Assembly: GCA_951406725.2 (NCBI GenBank)
Contig: OX597818.1
Span: 78,182,001 to 78,246,000, forward strand
Length of the DNA: 64,000 nt
From: Octopus vulgaris
Taxonomy: Eukaryota
Direction: 5' to 3'
The position numbers and the translations under genes were made by a program. The notes under the pieces are model-generated. The model ran no database searches. It was not told the DNA's origin and worked only from the letters and a program-made list of their open reading frames with translations. Numbering within the stretch: position 1 is the first letter of the stretch; the number at the start of each line of letters is the position of its first letter. Below, in pieces: positions 1 through 14,251 of the stretch.

Positions 1-431
1 AATAAAGATTAAATAAATTGTAGGATTTGAATGAAAGTGTTTCTTGATAAAAGAAAGCTTCTTTACCATGTTGTCTCATACAGAAAACATTAAAACAAAA
101 GCAACAAAAAAACTCAAAAAGATGCAAACAACAGAATATTTGTTTGGATTAAAGGGTAGTTTTAGGAGAGTCAGAACCTTCTGGAAGGTTATGGACAGAT
201 TAATTGCTAAAACTAATTAACCTTTTGCCTGTCTTGTGCATCACATGTGACACACACGGCATATTACCCTTGCATCCATGTGTCTTTTCAAGTGCCAGAC
301 TAACTTGAGACTTATAAAAGAGAAGCTTTATATTACTCTGCATATATGAAACAAGGGGGCTAAATAAAAGTCTGAAAACAAGGATGGACATTCAGGACAC
401 ACTAATGAAAATGCTTTGGACAGGTAAGAGA

Positions 432-711
432 TTGTAGCGTAACCTATATCCCACTGTTTGAGAGATATATTAGAAATTATCACGTGTTAGATAACAACCA
501 TCTTTGGCTATTTTGACCCTGTTGTGTCCACTGCTCTGATTGGTTGGCATTTGGTGCAGTTTGTCTTTTGACTTATTTTGCACCAATGTGTAAGCCAACC
601 AATCAGAGCAGTCGACACAACAGGGTCAAAATAGCCAAAGATGGTTGTTATCTAACACAAGATCATTTTTAATATATCTCTCAAACAGTGAGGATATCAG
701 CTATACTACAA
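432..711. repeat. Palindromic fold-back element (~125-bp arms, 20-nt loop)
   Basis: GTGTTAGATAACAACCATCTTTGGCTATTTTGACCCTGTTGTGTC and its exact reverse complement. The arms extend further with a few mismatches. Confidence 0.9.
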
Positions 712-3700
712 GATTAATAAGTGAGTAAATGAGAGGGTCTTGACATGGTCATTCAACTAAACAACTTTCTCAAATAGCAAACACTATTCTCTTAAATAAA
801 GAAAGAGTACCTTTGATGAAATAATTCTGAATGTTTGGAGTGCCACAGCTAAAATGCTTTTTGATCATAGATCTGCTCAATCAGGACAAAAATGAGGCTA
901 AACAACAACAGTATCAACTAGATAATACTTAAGATAATGTTGTATTAAATACACGAAGTTTGAATAAAAAATGTGACAGTCATGGCTGGATTGCCCTTTG
1001 ATCATAATTCTATTTAATCAGATTTCCAATTCTGACACAAGGCCAACAGTTTTGGGGGAGGGGCAAAGTCACATTGACTCCAATGTTCAACTGGTATTTA
1101 TTTTATTAACCCCCAAATGGGTGAAAGTTGACATCAGCAGAATTTGAACTCAGAGTGCAAAGACAGAAGAAATGCTGTTTAGCATTTTGTCAGGTGCGAT
1201 AGTGATTCTACCAGTTCATTGTCTTCCTAAGGCTAAATAATAACAATGAAACCAATTAAAATTAAATAAAATATAACATAGCAGGTAACAAAAAAATGCA
1301 AATTTTAAAAGTTTATAAGGTTAATTGCAATTCTCTAAAATGATACAAAATTTAATTTTAGATGAGAAACAGACTGGGTACCATAGTGAGGATGTTAAAC
1401 TACTGAAAAGGAACATTAAACAAATTATTGTTTGTTTATCAATCATTACATTCACCTCTATTCCCATTTCCAACCGTCTGTTACTTTCCTAACATACTCT
1501 TACAAAACAACCCTTCTCCGTCCCCACTGAACCACTGTTTGTATTTTTTCTTATGCTTACCTTCTTGAGAGTTCTATGAGAGTTTGCCCTGGCTCCCAAT
1601 CACTACCATCTTATCTTCTTCCCAGCTACTCTGGTCTACCACTATATAACATTGTCTTCATGCTACTCTGTCTTCAGCTACTCTGGTCTACCACTATATA
1701 GTATGGAGTAGCTATGTATCTCCTCTATAGCAAGTCACTTGTGCTTGTCCCTCTATCATACTTTAGTCTCTCAAACCCAGCATAAAGACACCTCTTCCCA
1801 AATACTCACCCACTCACATTTAGTCAAGGAGGCTTTTCTTTTCAGCTTCCAGCCCTTTTTCCCCCTATTGCAAGTTATTTGGTGACCTCCTAGAACTGAT
1901 GGCATGAGAAAAGCACCAAGTACAAGTTGTAAAGTGGTTGGCATAAGGAAAGGCATCCAGCCATGGAAGCCACAATGAAGCTGACATTGGAGCTTGATGC
2001 AACCCTGTTGCTTGCTGGATCCTGTCGAATTGTCCAAGTCATGCCAGCATGGAAAACAAACATTAAATGATAAGGATGGTATTGTTGTTTAGTTTAAGGT
2101 CAGACTTAATCCAACAGATCAACAGTGTTCCTGTCATGACCATCCCTCCCCATGTACCTAAAACTACATCATGTATTGTGACCTTTAGCAGGGTGTGATT
2201 TGAGGGAAATGTTACAGATCATGTGACTCTGTAGAGACTTCCTTATTGGCTTGAATTCAACCAAGTCATTAACATTGTCTGACTTCAGCTTAATTAGTCA
2301 AATCATCAGTATTTCATTTTGTGTCTGGCAAAGACATTTAATGCTAAAAGACCCACTCTTCACAGCCATCGCCACCCTAAACAGACATTATGAAGACCGT
2401 AGGCAATGGGAGTACTATATGATTATGGTGATAGTTAAACAGGTTTCATTCTCACATAGGAGTGGGGAACATACTATACATGGAGATAGTACTCAACCAT
2501 ATAAAACTGGGAAAACTCTGATACACCTCACTTTATGTGTAAGATTAGTCTCAGAGGCAGTTAACTTTCTTTCCCAGCAAAATCATGAACATTCTCACAC
2601 TCTACTGTTGCATTGATTAATCACAACAATTGATATAAATACCATTTAAATGTTGAAAATAAGATATGTACTTGTCTGGCAAGTGAATTGATCCAAGAGT
2701 GTTGAAACTAAACCAATTACAGCATGAAAGATACATTTTAGCAGTTCACAACACGTTAACATCACTTAAACATTTATTATTTGGTGTTAGTGACTAGGTC
2801 GCAGCTGATGCAATGAAGAATTTAATACAAAATAACAAAGGTTTCAGTAAAGTTAAGTCTTTGGGTATTTTTGAATGGTTAATATGTGTTCCCCATATTG
2901 TAATTGTTAAAATATAAGGTGTTAATTTTAGAGTATGTTTATAAATAGCAACAGAACATTTACTGATAGGATGACTCTATTCTAAGAATAGAATCAAATT
3001 TATTTTGAAGATCAAATTGACTAGGATTTCTCAATAAATACTACATGTATATATATATATCATCTCATTAATATGTCATACACATAGAATATTTACAATT
3101 TCTCCTTTTTTTCATTCCGTTCAGAGATACCAAACCAACACATCAAAATAACACACACACACACACACTCTCTCTAATTACACACATGCATATACAGTTT
3201 ATCAGTAAACACTTTACTAAAACTGATTACTAGTAATTAAGCGGGGAAAAAATCATGTGGAATGATTATCAACCCCCACTCCCCCCACAAGACATTGTAA
3301 AAGACAGTTTTGATTACACAATATCATCAAGCAGATCTAGATAAATCCAATCAGCAGTGCTGCTACCCCTACATACACACACACACACACACACACTTGT
3401 TACAGTCTTAAAAGCTGTAATAAAACAATTTGTCCAGAAACCTGTGAAAATGTGTATTGAAGATGTAATTATTATTTAAATGTTGGATACACTATTTTCA
3501 TCTTTATTACTTTCCACCATTTTCATATATAGATAGAATGTAACAGTTATTTAAGCAAGTGACATTATCCAGGTTTATCTTATGATTTGTATACCTTGTT
3601 TCAATATTTCAATGAATCGCTGTTTGCGATCACTATAATTGTTATAACAATATCTGCCACACTGTAATACGGTTTTAAGAAAGAAACACAAAAACAAAAA

Positions 3701-4075
3701 GAATGTATACTTTAGACCAGTACTTCTCAGTGTTTCTGACTTCATAGCTCACTGGAGATCAAACAAAAAAAAATTACTCCTGAATTTTGAATAAAAAGTT
3801 AATGGTTAATGATCCACTTCACATGGGAAGTTTTAAAAAATGACTGTTTTTAAACAGCATGCAGCAAAAATAAATAAATAAAAATCTTTTTACTATTATT
3901 GATAAACATTCCAATAGCAAATGCATAGTGTATACCAAGCCAAACCATGATGGTACCCCAAGCAAAGTGACAAAACATTAGCTATATGAAGACACCATTA
4001 CTGTCTGTTTAACTTTACTGGTACCATATTGATGGTTATATAAAATGAGAAGTTGTCCTGCTGCATCCTGTATGG

Positions 4076-4111
<36 letters not shown>

Positions 4112-7100
4112 GTGTGGTAAAAAACCTCCTGTGTTCCCTATTCTTGATAAGTTTCAATAGCAAACACTTGGTATGCATCAGCTCAAACTGTGTTGGTAAA
4201 TGAAACAAAACAATAAAACATTGCTTACATGAAGACAATGTTATCACCTACCTACCTTTAAAAGTACTACATCAATGGCTGTGTAAAATAAGGGTGGTTA
4301 TTCTGCCACAGCTTGTATTTTGACATTTAGGAATATATTGTAGAAAACTACCATTTACCTTGTTTTGTCACCGATACTTGTGCATATATAAATTACAAAT
4401 AATGTTTTTTGTTTTTTAGTTACTCAAGTATTAGTGTGGGCTCTCTACATCCACATATGTTTTTTAAAAATCCACAGCACACTTTGATACTCTAGTGAGC
4501 TGAAGAACATCACATGAGTACCACTGTTTTGTAAAGACATGAAAGATTTTTTGAGGGAATATTTTTGAACCGTTGTTAGAATTATTTCTGAGTCAGCATT
4601 AAAAGCAGAGAGCCCCAATAATGGAATGCAATTAATTATGTACACATAAGTTAATGTATTGATGAAAGGAATAAGGTACAGATTGTTTATAAATCAAAGA
4701 ACCTAAAATAAAAATAATCTGGACAAAAATCTATAAAGGTTTGAGTAGCAAAAAAAAAAAGACTTTCAAATAATTATTTTCCAGTTACTTTGAAACTATA
4801 TAAAAAAAAATATGATCTTAATACAGAATTATTTTAACCTTTTAGTTCCCCTCTTCTCTCTCTCTCTTCTACTTGCTTATCCAACTGGGGTAGCCATGTA
4901 TCTCCTCTACTACAGAACACCTGAAACTGTCCTTTTATCATGCTTTAAGCTCTAATCACCTGGCATAAAACCACCTCTCTTAATACTACTTTCCCTGCCT
5001 CACATGAAGGGTCTTTGTCTTGTGAGTTACTTGGTGACCTCACTAGAGTTGGTGTTACATAAAAAGCACCCAGTACGCACTGCAGTGATTGGCATTAGGA
5101 AAAGCATCCGACTGTAGAAACCATGCCAAAACAGATATTGAAGCTTGGCAGCCCCTGTCAAACCATCCATCCTATGCCAGCATGGAAAATGGATGTTAGA
5201 TGGTGATGATGATGACAGTCATTAGTCCAGAGGGAAGATTATGATCATCCGCCTTTATAGGGCCTCCAAAACTTGTAAGAAGGTGCAAGAATGGTATATT
5301 AAAATTGAAGACCTTGTCTGAATGAATGGGCTTTTCTACAAGTACATAAGGTGCCAGGTGGTGGTGTTAAGCCAGGCAATGGATTAAGTCAACCTCCCAG
5401 GATTTGAACTCAGAATGCAAAAAGCATCTAGTCTGACATTTATTTCAGTTACCAATCTACTACACAGGATTGGTACTTTATAATCCACCCTTAAAGGATT
5501 AAAGGCAAAGTTGACCTCAGTGGAATTTGGACTCAAAGTATTACAAATACTACAAGACATTCTATCTGATGATTTCATAATTCTGTGAAGTCACTGCCTA
5601 AACAACATGGACAAAACACTAACAAAATACAAACAAAATACCTTGAAATATGAATATGTTAAAACTTGATGCCTGCAACTAAAATAGCCATTTGTATATC
5701 GTACTAAATGTATACATACCTGACAAGCAAGATACTGCAGTTTGTATCTAAGATGAAATCTTTTACAGATATGCTATGTTAAAAGCACAATATATATTAG
5801 AGGAAGACAAAAAAAAAAATTTTCCTGGAAATAGCTGGCAAGAATGCCAGAAGCATTTCAACCTTCTTGGGCTTTACCAATTATGTGTACTCACAGCCAC
5901 ATGCCTAAAGGAAATTTGTTGCTTCTGATATATAGGAAACAATGACTAACACACACATTGACATTGTGAACAGCTACCAGGGTGAATAAAAACTTTGTGT
6001 ATGGAATTAAAATTGCATTTAATTAAAATAATCATCTGTGTAATATACTTAATGTATATATATACCTCATTGACAGGAAATGTGCTATAGTTTTCCTCTA
6101 GGATAAAATCTATTTTAAATATGCTATGTTAAGAATACAATATACATCAAAGGGAGCCAAAAAATCATTCTGGCAACAGCTTTTGTGCCTTTAACATGTC
6201 TACATGGGTTTGTCTCATGTAAAAACTGCAGCATCTTATTACTCAGTAGTGAATATATATATATTAAGTATGATACATGTATGTTTATTACAAATAAATT
6301 ACTCTAAAATTGGGGTCTCTCACTAGTAATGCTCCATATTTCTGAGAAATTCAGAGAAAAAGAGGTGTATTGTTTAAAATTTCATTCTACATTTTATGAG
6401 TATAATAAAAACAGAAATCCATAATTGGAACATTGAAGATACAAAGATAATGAAAAGGTTGTTGAAAAGGAAATCACAAACTCTTAAAGAAAAACAGGAA
6501 TATACAAATAAAAAAATCAGTAGTGTTTGAAAGACAAAACAATGTACAAGGTGATAGGTATGAACTGTTACAGTGAACTACATCAAGTTGGGGTGGGGTA
6601 AAGTGTCACCACCAAATCTTGGTAAACATCACAATTAGGAGATATTAAAAATTTAAATATAAAAAAAATTATCTCCACCATTTTTTTTTGTAAATAAAAA
6701 ATAGGTAATTGGTTGCAAAGAACAATTATTTAAGCCTGTACATTTACAATATTGTAATAACATTTAATTTTTATAAATTTTTCATCACCAATAAGTAAAG
6801 TAGATGTCAATAAGGGTGTTACTTTAGTATTAAACAAGAACAAGACAAATTGAGCATAAGATTATCTTATATACATATTTGTTTGATTTGAAAACATTTG
6901 ATTCAATTTCTCAAAGTAAAATTCTGGCTCAAGACCAGTAATTTTTGGGGAGGGGTTCAATCAAATACATCAACTCCAGTGCTCAACTGATACTTATTTA
7001 ATTGACCCTGGAAAGATGAGAGGTAAAGTCAACCTTGGTGGAAATTGAACTCAAAATGTACAGACAGACAAAATGCCACTAAGCATTTTGCCCAATGTGC

Positions 7101-8201
7101 TAATGATTCTGCCAGCTTGCTGCCTTTATGATAATAATAATTATCATCACCATTTAACATCTGTCTTTTATGATGATGATGATGATGATAATAATAACAA
7201 TAATAATAATAATAATAATAATAATCCTTTCTACTATAGGCATAAGACCTGAAATTTGAGGGAGGGGACTAGTTGACTATATTGACTCCAGTGTTTTACT
7301 GGTACTTATTTAATCAACCCTGAAAGGATGAAAGGCAAAGTCAACCTTCACAGAATTTGATCACAGAACATAAGGACAGATGAAATGCTGCTAAGCATTT
7401 TGCCTGGCAGGCTAACAATTCTGCCAGCTCACCGCCTTAGTAATAATAAATAATAATAATAATAATGATAATAATAATAATAATGATATGTGTGTGTATG
7501 TATATATATATATGGTACATAATGATATATAAGTGTATATGTGCGTGTGTGTGTCTACAGATTTTTTTTTTGCATATTTACTTTTTTATTTATTCCAGTC
7601 ATTAGACTGTGGCTATGCTGAAGCATTGCCTTGAAGATTTTTAGTTGAACGACTTGACATACATGTTATTGTTATATTTTTTCACTCTTTTACTTGATTC
7701 AGTCATTAGACTGTGAGTGTACTGGGCACCACCTTGTAGAATTTCATTTTTTAAAGCTTGGTACTTATTTCATTGGTATCTTCTGCCAAACCACTAAGTA
7801 ATGAAAGAAGATTTAAGACCAATGGAAAAAAGATGTTATTTTTTACTGGTTCCAACCAACAGGTTATGGCTATGTAAGGGCACAGCCATTTTATCAAAGA
7901 TGACTTAGACAAGTTTGGATGAATATATATTAATGTAGATGTAACACTCAACAGATCCTTGATGTAAGTAGATAAGAAACAAGAAAAACTACATTTGGTT
8001 GAGGGTACAAATGACAGTTTAGTACAGAATTTGAAGACATCTATAACATAAAAATATTTAATATGACTTCAAAGTATATCATAAAAATACTACATAAGAA
8101 AAAAAAATCCATAGATTAAAAATCTGAAAAACAAGAAAAAAAAAAAAACTCACTGGAAACATATAATATTTGACAAAGAGTTGTACAATTATTTCTCATA
8201 A

Positions 8202-8406
8202 CCCTTTAGCACTCAGATTACTATATCAAATGTGATGCTTATTAATTCATATTGTTTTCAATTAATCATGCATAATCTTGTAGCTTTAAGATTTTGATAA
8301 TGTGACTGGTCTTTTTTTTTACAACAACATTGCAGGGTAGGTGTGAGGGGCTAGATCTGGCCAGTTTGAACATAAAACAGGTAGAATAGGTCTAAGGGCT
8401 AAAGGG
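8202..8406. mobile_element. piggyBac-like MITE (CCCTTTAG family)
   Basis: CCCTTTAGC...GCTAAAGGG|TTAA. Similar over its whole length to 56794-57002. Confidence 0.75.
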
Positions 8407-9295
8407 TTAAAGTTATATTCAACAGTTTGTACAGTAAAAGTTATTTTATAAATTTATAAAACACAACCAGAATGGTTAATAGGAAAAGAAAACAGGGAAA
8501 GTGAGAAAGAGAGAGAAAGAAAAAGAGAGATGGTAGCTTAAGAAAATTTCTGGGTTTTGATACCTGAACTTCAAATCTTTGTCTTCTTGACCTCTAATTC
8601 CTGCAGGAAAGGAATCAGAGGTCAGGAGAAATGTTCTTTTGATGAGTCATAGAAGGAATCTGATTAAGACATTATAATTAATCTCATCAGGAGTTTAGTC
8701 TGTTAAGGGTGTATCTATGGTCATATGTATGGTTATGTGATTAAGAAATTTGCACAGCAACTATGTGGCTTTAGGGTTTACGTAATACTGCAGGGTACCT
8801 TGGACAGTTGTCTTCTACTCTAGCCTCAATCACAGATATGTAAGTAAAATTTTGGAAGACTGTGAAAGTCATGGAAGTCTGTGAAAAGATCTGTTCTGAT
8901 TCTGAGATGATAGGTTTAACATATAACCTGGTTTAACTCTGAGGGTAGAGACCTGATCCCTTCCACCTACCTGTCCTGAAAAAGGGACTGAGGACACTAT
9001 CTCCTTTCGCTTTTTTATATCATTCCAAGATTGATATTTTGTGACAAATAGGTAATACTAAAAATAATGAGTTTGATGTGGCCAATAACTAATTAATGGC
9101 TTCTAATTTAGGCACAAGGCCAACAATTTTGAGGGGAGGGTGTTACTTTATTTCATTGACCTCTGAAAGGATGAAAGGCTAAGTTGCTCTCAGTGGAATT
9201 TGAACTTAAATAGCTGAAAGAAATGTCACTAAGCATTTTGTCCAATGCATTAACAATTCTGCCAGCTTACTACTTTAATAATAATAATGATAACG

Positions 9296-9359
<64 letters not shown>

Positions 9360-11056
9360 TAATAATCCTTGCTTATTTTAGCAGAAGATCTGAAATTTTC
9401 GGGAAGGGGTTAGTTGATTACATTGATCTCAGTACATAACTGGTACTTATTTTATTTTGGCACAAGGCCAGCAACTTTAGGGGAGAGGGTAAGTTGATTA
9501 CATTAACTCCAGTGTTCAACTGGTATTTTGTCCTTTCAGGTGCTGTGCTGTGTTAACACACCTGTGCTGGTGCTGCATAGATGCACCCATGCCAGTGGCC
9601 TGTAAAAAGCACCCAGCACACTCTGTTAAGTGGTTGGGCATTACGAAGAACATTCAGCTATAGAAACCATGTCACAACAGACAGCTAGAGTTTGGATAGC
9701 TAGCCAGCTCCATGTCAAACCATCCAACACATGCCAGCATAGAGAGCAGACGTTAATGATGATGATGATGAACCCTGAAAGGATGAAAGGCAAAATTGAC
9801 CTTGGAGGAATTTGAATTTAGCAAGTAAAGAGCTGGAAAAAATGCTACTAAGAATTTTATCTGATGCACTAAAATTCTACCAGCTCTGAGTCTGATGTGG
9901 ATGAATCATTATAATGTTACTACAATATTCATTTTTATGTTTTCATTTATTGCTTACATAGTTTTATGTTGATTCTGCCTTTGTTTGGAATGAAGCTCAG
10001 AGGTCAATAGTATTTTTACTTATTGTAAGTTCTTATAAAGCAAGTGTATAATCAAAGGAATTCCAGCTATCCATGACCAGCTCATCTTATTATTTTCAGA
10101 CATCGCTTATTTAGGAATACATTATCACTCTTTCCTTTTGGTTTTGTTTTTTGTGATCTCCCTTCTTTAAGACAGCAGTGTGTGATTTAAAGGAGATTTA
10201 GCTGATATTTCTAACAGGCTGAGTAACTTTGCTAAGACTCCCTTGTTGGTTAGTACACTTAGTTATATATTAGCAGTTATTTTACTAAATTCTACAGAAA
10301 TATAATAACAAATGGCTTAATCATGTACAAATATTAGAGGTCATTGTTATAGTAAAATATTTCAAAATTTCTATTGGTAAAGCACTGTAGAATACCAATT
10401 GTCAGGTTTACTTTTAAATTCTTATTTCTCAAAGATATTAACAATTGATGTACAATTATACAACAAAGCCCTTTATTCTCTTATAGATGCAAAAAACCCC
10501 CCCACAAAAAAACGTGATACTAGGGCCCAAAATCTGATAATTGATACATTCAGCAAAGATGTATCTTTTAACGAATTTAAGAGGACAAATTAATTTTCAG
10601 TGTTAAACTTTGACAAAGTTTTTTGTTTCCATTACTTGACTTGCTATAATAGATGGAATAAAAATGTCAGTCCTTGCTTGTTTGGGGCAAAACCTAGGAA
10701 AAACTAGGAAGATATCAATATCACTTTATCAGATATATTGATAAAATTGATATAAAAAAATCATCATCATTTTAACGTTCATGTTCCATGCAGTCATAGC
10801 TTGACATTCTGACAGAATTCAATGGTTCCAAGGACTGTATCATACTTCAGTGTCTGCTTTGGCATGGTTTTTATGGTTTGATGCCCTTCTTAATGTCAGT
10901 CACTTTACAATGTGTACTGGGTGCACCAGCACTAGTGAGGTTTCCATTGCAGCTTGAGGTGATCAGTAGAAGAGTAGTCAGAGGAAGGACAAGAGAAAGG
11001 GGAGATGGCATATAGTTGGGTAAGTTGCAGGAGAGTATGTGAGGGAAGGAGGAGGA

Positions 11057-11093
<37 letters not shown>

Positions 11094-11495
11094 CAGGTGT
11101 AAAAGCTATCAATGTATATAATACTGTAAAAAATAATGATTTCCGATTTAGGCACAAGGCTAGTAGTTTGTGAGAAGAGGGTTGGTAGACTACATAAACT
11201 CAAGTTCTTGACTAGAACTTTATTTTACTGACCTTAGAAGGATGAGAGGCAAAGTTGACTTTGGAGGGATTTGAAATTCAGAGCATTTAGAGCTGGAAGA
11301 AACACTTCAGGAGAATTTGTCTGAAGCCTCAACAATCCTTGCTAATCTACCACCCCAATACTATCAGAATAATAAACACTACAAGGAAAAAATGATGCTT
11401 TTGAAGAAAGAGGAAAAAGAAAGTCTATCAAATTTTAAAAGGAAATGACACAGACCTGCTTGTAAAAAGAAAAAAAAAAGAGGCAGCTATAATTA

Positions 11496-12642
11496 CACTG
11501 GTTTACAGAGAAATCGAAGCAAACATAAAAATAGTTGTTCTAGCCTGATTTTTGAGTGCTGATTTCAGATACAAAACCAGTTTTCCCTCATCACCTCTAG
11601 TTTTTAAGATATAAATTATGATTTTGCAACAATTTACATAACCATATATATCATCAATTTTTATTTTGTTTTCTAGATTTTTGTGATACTTATGATACAT
11701 GTCTCTACAATGGCTTCAGGCACTTCAAAACACTTAGGATGCATAAACAAGGCAAATTCATTCTGCTACATGTATGGAGATTTTATGACAGTTGCACAGC
11801 CTTTAACTTTGCTGTCCTGAGGGTCTGGAAAGAGCCATGAAGCCATGCAGATGATTGTTATTTTTGTCTAACAAATATAACAGGTTTCAATGTTTCTTCT
11901 AGAAAAAAGATCAAATATCCTAACCTTCCCTCAGCTATGACACCTGTTCCCCACTCAGATGATCTCCCTTTCCCTACACCTCCAACAAATAAGGATCTTC
12001 CTTCATCAAATGAAGAAATGCCTTCAGGGGAAGATTCTGCCAAGTTGATCTAATCTGAAGACAATGTCTGTTTATTCAGGAGCAAGTGGCAATGAGCCCC
12101 ACTGGATCACGCAGGAAGACTTGAATGACCTTCCCCGTGATTCGTATCTATCTAAGCAGCAGTCAGAGCTCCTGGCATCCCAGCTTAAGCAGTGGAACCT
12201 GGTGAAGGCAGATGTAAGGATCACCAGTTTCAGGACATGGAACCAGGACTTTGCTTCATCCTTCAACATGGAAAACAGGTTGTGCTACTGTACAAATGTC
12301 TCTGGCTTGTTCACCTTCCTTGGTTTCGCACACAATCCCTCAGACAAGCATCTTTTCACAGACTCTTCCAAGCGAAGTCTGAATCTGTGCTCCTGCACAA
12401 CTGGGAATAAATACCCCAGCATTCTTATTGCCTACTCAGTCCATCTGAAGGAGTCATATGACAATATGGAGCTCCTTTTAGAAGCTGTTAATTATTAATT
12501 AAAATGGGATATGTGAAAGCAAAAATACTAGAGGGGATAGAGCAAAACTGTTCAGAAAATTGAATTCACAATATCAAAATTAGTAAAAAACATCTATTCA
12601 CATCCTTACTTCAGAGCAAAAAAAAATTTTTGTAAACCAGTG
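11496..12642 (+). mobile_element. Internally deleted CMC/Chapaev3-type DNA transposon with a decayed transposase
   Basis: TIR CACTGGTTTACA...TGTAAACCAGTG with a 3-bp TTA TSD on both sides. Frameshifted transposase from ATG 11710: CINKANSFCY, DDCYFC, YPNLPSA..PVPHS, ITQEDLNDL, LFTDSSKRSL, NKYPSI. Confidence 0.85.
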
Positions 12643-13286
12643 TTATTGTTTCTAATCTGCAGTTTTGAAGGGATAGAGCTCATTGCTATTTCTGGTTGGT
12701 GCATTATTTTATTGACCTTGGAAGAATGAAGGGCAAGTTAACCTTGGTTGGATTTGAACAGGAAATGTAAAGATCCATAACTGAATACCAGAAGGTATTT
12801 TGTCTAATGCTCTAACAATTCTACCAACCCACTGTTCTTACAAACAATTATAATAAATAAAAATCAAAAAGAAAATTATTATAGATTACAACTAGAAACA
12901 GTGTGTGTGTCTTATTAACTCCACTAATACATAGACACACTCTGTCAACTGGACTCCTTAGAAACTATCTTAATTATAGATTAATGTGGATGAGTTCAGA
13001 ACAAAACTGAGCAGAAACCATTTAATAAATGTTTAATTGCAACATTTATGTTAGTTAGCACCTTAAAAACATGTTGGAAGAAATAAGTCAATTATAATTT
13101 AGAAGACTGAAAGTACACACATACACACGCGCGTGTGTGTGTGTGTGTGTGCAAGTGTTATTTATACAATATCACAAATTTAGTCAACTCATGTTAGTAA
13201 CATGAATTGGCTGCAATGAAACAAAATTTATAACATTATATAAAATAATATATCCATTCTATTAACCAATATATCAGTACTTGTTT

Positions 13287-13323
<37 letters not shown>

Positions 13324-13961
13324 CTATATATACATATATATATATATAGGGAGAGAGAGAGTAATTTATTAGATACATACAAACCATAGCATTGCCCTAA
13401 ATACTCATGACTGTCTGATGATCAGTTTTGTGAAACTCTGAGTCACATTTTGTGAAGTTTTTCAGCTTTAATAAAACACTGTTTTACTTTATTTTTGGTA
13501 CTTGATTACTATTTTCTCCGCCTTGCATGTGTGTGTGTGTTTTACATGGCTAAATAAATGTGAACAAAGATCTTGGCCAACAGTTACCCAAATGGGTTGC
13601 CTAGGTGGAAGGAAAATTTAAGAGGCAAGTGAATGATGAGGTATGCAACACTATATTTCATTATATCACCCACAGTGAAGTCTTACTAAAATGAGAACTA
13701 ATTTCAAAGTGTGGTAGCTGAGACAGTAGTCAGATGGCTGATTTACTATCACTAAACTGATTAAACTAGAAAAATGAAACTGCGTCCTGAATAAATTGTA
13801 ATGTTACAATTATAAATTTCATCTATTATATTCTATATTAGTGTGCAATCCAAAATTCTAAATACTTTTTGTAGAGTATATAAAGAACATTGGAACTAGA
13901 TGTATAGAGAGCAGAAGAACAATAGTCCAATATAATTTGTGGTTGTAGTTAGATGCCTTTA

Positions 13962-14126
13962 ATATTTGGAATGTGAATGCTGTGCTTCTAAGTGATGACA
14001 GACACTTGTATGCATATATATATATATATGTGTGTGTGTGTGTATATATATATATAGTGTATATATATATAAGTGTGTGTATATATATATATACACACAC
14101 ACACACATACACATATATATATATAT

Positions 14127-14209
<83 letters not shown>

Positions 14210-14251
14210 TACAAGTGTCTGTCATCACTTAGAAGCACAGCATTCACATTC

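Noticed and set aside
200-428. 63-aa ORF and a nearby CAG|GTAAG donor-like site
   Set aside because: No recognisable protein similarity and no linked exon found.
1623-1700. 26-bp direct repeat with 52-bp period
   Set aside because: Simple local slippage duplication within a decayed repeat.
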